64,000 nucleotides of DNA, from the NCBI GenBank assembly GCA_041666225.1, contig JBAYHJ010000001.1, positions 1,881 to 65,880 of the forward strand, given 5' to 3'. The notes beneath the pieces are model-generated. The model saw only the letters and a program-made list of their open reading frames with translations. It did no database searches and was not told the origin of the DNA. Positions 59,219 through 64,000 of the stretch are shown here, piece by piece (positions within the stretch are counted from its first letter, which is position 1; each line of letters opens with the position of its first letter). The position numbers and the translations under genes were made by a program. The DNA is from Minisyncoccota bacterium (lineage in GTDB: Bacteria; Patescibacteriota; Minisyncoccia; Phycocordibacterales; UBA9973).

Positions 59219-60904
59219 ATGACAAAAGAAAAATGCAAAACATGTGAGAAAGATTTTGTAATAAGAGATGAAGATCTTGTTTTTTATGAACAAATGAAAA
59301 CAGTCCCTCCAGTTGATTGCCCTGATTGTCGTATGGCAAGAAGGTTAGTTTTTCGCAATGAAAGAACCTTATATAAAAGAACTTGTGATCTTTGTAAAAA
59401 AGATATGGTCGCTTTGTATACTCAAGAATCAAAATTTAAAGTTTACTGTCATGATTGTTGGTGGAGCGATAATTGGAATCCAAAAGATTATGCACAAGAT
59501 TATGATTTCTCAAAAACATTTTTTGAACAGTTTAGAGAATTAATGATGAAAGTTCCACGGATTGGAATGCTGGCATTTAATAATGTTCGAAGTGAATACA
59601 CAAATGGCTCAGCCGAAAACAAAGATTGTTATTTAATTTTTGCAGCTGATTATAATGAGGACTGCTTATATAGCAGATTACTTCAACGTGACAAGGGTTG
59701 TGTAGATTGCGCCTTCCTCCATGAATCAGAGTTGTGTTATGAATGTATCGATACTCGAAAATGTTTTAAATGTATGTATTCGGAACAATGTCAGTCATCA
59801 AGTGATTTATTGTTTTGTTTTAATATGAGAGATTCTCAAAATTGTATTTTTTGTACAAATGGCAGGCATATGTCGAACTATATTCTAAATCAAAAGTGTA
59901 CAAAAGAAGAATATGATAAAAAGAAAAAAGAAATACTTTCAAATTATGAAAGTATTGAAAAAGCTAAAAAAGAATTTATAGAAATAAAAAAGAAGGCTAT
60001 CATGAAATTTACTTCTCAAAGTAAGTGCCACAATGTTACAGGGGACTATATTCACAACTGTTATGATGGAGTTAGGCTTTATGACACTTATGATGCAAAA
60101 AATTGTTCTTATATGAAGGACACCGAGAACCCAACTGACAGCTGGGATTGTAATAATTATTATTACAAATGTCAGTTTGGTTACAATATAATGGGCGCAT
60201 TACAAATTAGTAATTGTAAAAATTGTGCTTTTGTATTTTATTCGAATAATCTGGAATATTGTGAAAATTGTTATCATCTATCAAATGGATTTGGTTGTCT
60301 CGCAATTCGTAAGGGTCAAAATATGATTTTAAATAAAGAATATGAAAAAGAAGAATACCTAAAAATAAGAAAACAAATTGAGGATGAAATGAAAAAAGAT
60401 GGAACTTGGGGTCAATATTTCCCTGCAAGCATCGCTCCTTTCTCATACAACGAAGCGCTCTCACAAGACTTCTTTCCTTTATCAAAAGAAGAAGCAATAA
60501 AAAGAGGTTTTACTTGGCAAGAAAAAACAACTGGAACTTACGGAAAAGAAACCATCGAAAAAGGAGAAATTCCTAATTCTATAGAAAAGGTTACCGAAGC
60601 TATTTTAAAAGAAATTTTAGTTTGTGAAGATTGTAATAAAAATTATCGCCTTGTCCAAGCTGAATTGGAATTTTACAAAAGAATGAATTTACCAATCCCT
60701 CATAAAGATTTTGAGTGTCGTCATCAAGATAGAATGAAAAAAAGAAACACAAAAGAACTTTACCCTCGTTCATGTATGTGTAAAAACGAAAAACATATAA
60801 ATCACAATGGCGTTAATTGTTCAGAAAAACTTGAGACAACTTATGCTCCAGACCGACCAGAAATAATTTATTGTGAAAGTTGTTATCAACAAGAAGTAGC
60901 ATAG
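59219..60904 (+). CDS. Cys-rich CxxC repeat protein (paralog of 40001)
   Basis: CPDCRMARR..FRNERTLYKRTC, CWWSD, IIYCESCYQQEV. Confidence 0.8.
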   Translation: MTKEKCKTCEKDFVIRDEDLVFYEQMKTVPPVDCPDCRMARRLVFRNERTLYKRTCDLCKKDMVALYTQESKFKVYCHDCWWSDNWNPKDYAQDYDFSKTFFEQFRELMMKVPRIGMLAFNNVRSEYTNGSAENKDCYLIFAADYNEDCLYSRLLQRDKGCVDCAFLHESELCYECIDTRKCFKCMYSEQCQSSSDLLFCFNMRDSQNCIFCTNGRHMSNYILNQKCTKEEYDKKKKEILSNYESIEKAKKEFIEIKKKAIMKFTSQSKCHNVTGDYIHNCYDGVRLYDTYDAKNCSYMKDTENPTDSWDCNNYYYKCQFGYNIMGALQISNCKNCAFVFYSNNLEYCENCYHLSNGFGCLAIRKGQNMILNKEYEKEEYLKIRKQIEDEMKKDGTWGQYFPASIAPFSYNEALSQDFFPLSKEEAIKRGFTWQEKTTGTYGKETIEKGEIPNSIEKVTEAILKEILVCEDCNKNYRLVQAELEFYKRMNLPIPHKDFECRHQDRMKKRNTKELYPRSCMCKNEKHINHNGVNCSEKLETTYAPDRPEIIYCESCYQQEVA

Positions 60905-61047
60905 ATAATTAAAAATGAAGAATTAGGAATTGAAAACACGCATCTACGCTATAGCGTAGATGCGTGTTTTTGTTTATCTTTTCTTGGCTGAGTATGGGGC
61001 AGTGTCAGGAGTGTTGGAAGTCGGACTTCCAACATTTTAGATCTCTT

Positions 61048-61083
61048 TATTGTGAAAGTTGTTATCAACAGGAGATATATTAG
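61048..61083 (+). pseudogene. duplicated 3' end of the 59219-60904 gene (YCESCYQQEIY*)
   Basis: matches 60869-60904 (YCESCYQQEVA*). Confidence 0.8.
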
Positions 61084-61163
61084 ATGGGGATCAAAAAGAG
61101 CGGGTTGGCTTCGCCAACCCGCTCTTTTAATTAGTAATTAGTAATTTTTAATTAGTAATTATT

Positions 61164-62288
61164 CTAAAACGGTGGTCGCATCTTGGAACCATTAGCATTT
61201 TCTATTTCAAAGTGAAGATGTGGGCCAGTAGATAAACCAGTGTTTCCAAGTGATCCGATTTTATCCCCTTGAGCAACAGTTTCACCCATCTTAACATTTA
61301 CCTTACTCAAATGACCGTATCGAGTCATAGTTCCATTTGGATGTTCTATATCAATATAATTTCCATATCCACCACCGCAACCTCTCTTTCCTTCTTTACA
61401 ACCAGTAACAACCTTAGAAACAACACCGGAAGCGGCAGCCACAATTTGAGTTCCGCGAACATTTCCAAAGTCTATCCCCGGATGAAACCCTCTTCGTCTT
61501 GATCCATACGGAGATGTAACAATTCCAACTACTGGTCTTAGATAATAACCAGATGGGGCTTTTGTATTTGATGATTTAGTAGAAACTGGATTCTTTGTAT
61601 TTGAAGAAGGTGTAGGCTTTGCAACAACTGGTTTAATAATACCGTTTGGAACAAAGATTATATCTCCTTGCTTGAGATCTCCGTTTGAAATATCGTTGAA
61701 TATTGATATATCTTCAGATTCAGCTTCATATTTATCTGCAATCTTACTTAAAGTATCACCCTTTTTAACAACATGCTTTACTCCAGTAACAGGCAGAATA
61801 TTGAGCTTTTGGCCAACAGAAATCTTTGGGCTAGTAATATTATTTTCCCAACGAATTGTATTTACTGAAACATTAAAATATTCAGCAATTCCTGACAAAG
61901 TATCACCTTCTTTAACTGTGTAAACATTAATCTGGTCAGAAATTGAGCTTTTTTCAAAAGAAACATCCGGCCCCGGCCCAAAAATACCATCACTGTAGAT
62001 AAATGAGTCATCTTGAACTATCACAATATCTTCTTTATCATTTGTATTTTTAAGATCTGGATTAACCGAAGACTCTAAAAGAGGAATATTTTGGGAGTTA
62101 TGGATAACACTATTATCTATTTGAGGGGCAACTTCATTTGCTGTTACCTCGGTACCCAACACCATTGATGTTAAATCAGAAAAAAAGCTGGCATTTGCCA
62201 ACGTTGGAACTCCAAATATCATAGAAAGGGCTACAAAAAAAGAAGAAACCTTTATAATAGAAGGCTTGTAAGATAAGGCTATTTTCAT
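61164..62288 (-). CDS. LysM plus M23 peptidase (peptidoglycan hydrolase)
   Basis: two LysM repeats (YTVKEGDTLS, HVVKKGDTLS); HPGID; TGPHLHFE. Confidence 0.93.
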   Translation of the reverse strand: MKIALSYKPSIIKVSSFFVALSMIFGVPTLANASFFSDLTSMVLGTEVTANEVAPQIDNSVIHNSQNIPLLESSVNPDLKNTNDKEDIVIVQDDSFIYSDGIFGPGPDVSFEKSSISDQINVYTVKEGDTLSGIAEYFNVSVNTIRWENNITSPKISVGQKLNILPVTGVKHVVKKGDTLSKIADKYEAESEDISIFNDISNGDLKQGDIIFVPNGIIKPVVAKPTPSSNTKNPVSTKSSNTKAPSGYYLRPVVGIVTSPYGSRRRGFHPGIDFGNVRGTQIVAAASGVVSKVVTGCKEGKRGCGGGYGNYIDIEHPNGTMTRYGHLSKVNVKMGETVAQGDKIGSLGNTGLSTGPHLHFEIENANGSKMRPPF

Positions 62289-62622
62289 CGGATGATAACC
62301 TTCTTGCGAATAGCTATCTTCAGAATCTTTTATTTGAGGTTGAATAAGCCTAAATAAAGTAATTACACTATTTTACCCCTTGTTGAGGAATACAGTACGA
62401 CCGCATTAAGCGAGGGCTGTAATTATAAGTAAAATTGGCGTAATTGTTACAATCGTCTCAGAAATGTCTTTGTAAATAAAGCTCTTTTTGGATTTTCTGT
62501 AATATAAGACCCATACCAAAGGTCCTATACTTATAGGGTAGCCCAGATCAGTTTTATAGTCAACGAAGTAATCCACAGAGTTATATCACGACACAAATGC
62601 TGTTTTTGGCAAAAAGAACTAC

Positions 62623-62651
62623 TTGACAGATACAACCCAGTATGCTATACT
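62623..62651 (+). promoter_or_regulatory. sigma70 promoter
   Basis: TTGACA-17-TATACT with extended -10 TG. Confidence 0.7.
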
Positions 62652-62801
62652 ATAGGTAGAGCTTTAAGTTCTTTAATAAATTTCATTTTATTGATTTGGA
62701 AGTAATTCAATTAGTAAAAAGTCCTAAATTATTAAAAATATTTAGTAATTTGAGACTTTTTACTAATCCAAAATAATTATAAACCCAAAAAATCAAACAA
62801 A

Positions 62802-63296
62802 ATGAAAACACTTTATTGGATCATCATTATTTTTGTAGTAGTCGTAGTAGCATCTTTTGTAACGTTTACTGTGGCAAAACCACAAGTGACCAAAACGGCA
62901 CAAAAGGAATTCAACGATTCAATCACAAAAATTAACAAAATTGCCAGGGAAAGAATTGCCAAAGCCGATGCTGATCTCACAAAGGGAGTAGGAGAAGCAA
63001 TGCAAACAGCAAATGACGAAAAGGCAAAAGCAAAATTATTGTCAGATTCCCTTGATAAGGTGAATGCCGCCCTTGCTATCGCAACTGCAACCCCGGCCGC
63101 AAAAGCAAAAGCTGCCGCCGATGCTAAAGCAAAAATAGCTGCAGAAAAAGCCGCCGCAAAAGCCTATGCGAAAAAGATCAAAGGCCACCCGGCATTAGAT
63201 GATGACGAGGAGACATTTACTTGTTTAAAGTCGGATTCGGCTTCATTCTACTATTTAGCTCCAAGTGGGTATGAAATAATAATACTCCCCCAATAG
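62802..63296 (+). CDS. hypothetical membrane-anchored Ala/Lys-rich coiled-coil protein
   Basis: N-terminal TM and AKA-rich segment. Confidence 0.65.
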   Translation: MKTLYWIIIIFVVVVVASFVTFTVAKPQVTKTAQKEFNDSITKINKIARERIAKADADLTKGVGEAMQTANDEKAKAKLLSDSLDKVNAALAIATATPAAKAKAAADAKAKIAAEKAAAKAYAKKIKGHPALDDDEETFTCLKSDSASFYYLAPSGYEIIILPQ

Positions 63297-63391
63297 TTAG
63301 TAACAGGTAAAAAAAGAATAAGCCGGACTCATCCATGAGCCCGGCTTAATTATTTTTTATAAGAGAAATTATGTTAAAATAAAAAAGTAAT

Positions 63392-64000
63392 ATGATGAAG
63401 GTAGAAAAACCTATAAATAAAATAGAAGAAAACTCAAATTATGAATTTTTAAAGAATGAAATAGAAAAAGGTATTTCGAGCACTCCAGAAGGTAAAGATA
63501 AAAAAACGCATCTTTTGGAAATTTTAAATATGGATTATGGTATAGATTTGAGTCAAAAAATAATAGAATCCTTACCAAGTGATTATTTTGATAATATAGA
63601 AGAAACAAAAAAAGAAATTCCACCCATGGTAAGTGAAGAAAAAAATGAAACAAGACTAGAAGATACTCTAAAAAATGATTTCAAATTGCCAGCTGATAAA
63701 ATAAATGAGGTCAAAAAAGACCCACGAATAAAAAAAATATTAAAAATTGGAATATTTAGTGCACTAACTGTTGCTTCTATTGTTGGAATATTAAAAACAT
63801 CTGATTTTAAAAAGGGGGAGAAAGAAAATAATTTAGATAAAACAATAAGTTTTGACAAAAGATTTAGTGGGGAAATATATGCAACACTCCCCGAAGAAGG
63901 GAAGGATATTTATAAATACATGGCCGAAGAAAATCCAACTCCTGAAAGGTGGTACCAGGTGTTAGATAAAGACAGTGCAGTAATTTATGTTTTTAATTCA
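63392..64000 (+). CDS. hypothetical protein, runs off the window (MMKVEKPINK...)
   Basis: frame read by eye appears open; one hydrophobic segment. Confidence 0.6.
   Translation, partial: MMKVEKPINKIEENSNYEFLKNEIEKGISSTPEGKDKKTHLLEILNMDYGIDLSQKIIESLPSDYFDNIEETKKEIPPMVSEEKNETRLEDTLKNDFKLPADKINEVKKDPRIKKILKIGIFSALTVASIVGILKTSDFKKGEKENNLDKTISFDKRFSGEIYATLPEEGKDIYKYMAEENPTPERWYQVLDKDSAVIYVFNS

Noticed and set aside
1-64000. UGA recoding (genetic code 25)
   Set aside because: Core genes translate full length under the standard bacterial code.

Overview
AT-rich bacterial chromosome segment with the gene content and style of a Patescibacteria/CPR genome (probably Parcubacteria; inference). It carries the tuf-S10-spc ribosomal protein cluster on the minus strand, nusA, hppA, tig-clpP, rny, HU, four tRNAs, a CCA-adding enzyme, xth, a Xer recombinase, rpsO, pnp and a ComM-like ATPase. 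Six parS-like sites and two DnaA boxes at 45.6-47.7 kb suggest an origin region with no dnaA in the window. The most striking pattern is repeated cargo accretion behind gene ends. The 3' ends of rplB, hppA, a Cys-rich gene and tRNA-Gly are duplicated downstream, the protein-coding ones as synonymous or near-synonymous alleles. At rplB and hppA each end is followed by a terminator and a poly-G-spacer promoter for an orphan gene. Two of these junctions sit next to the cognate palindromes of two REP-associated HUH/Y1 transposases (RAYT). Each RAYT carries its own palindrome upstream, inside and downstream of its gene. A promoter-driven, roughly 520-650 nt structured non-coding RNA or leader with repeated GAGAGAG loops lies at 33.9-34.5 kb, and several other recurring hairpin families are present. 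All calls are by eye; no database searches were run.
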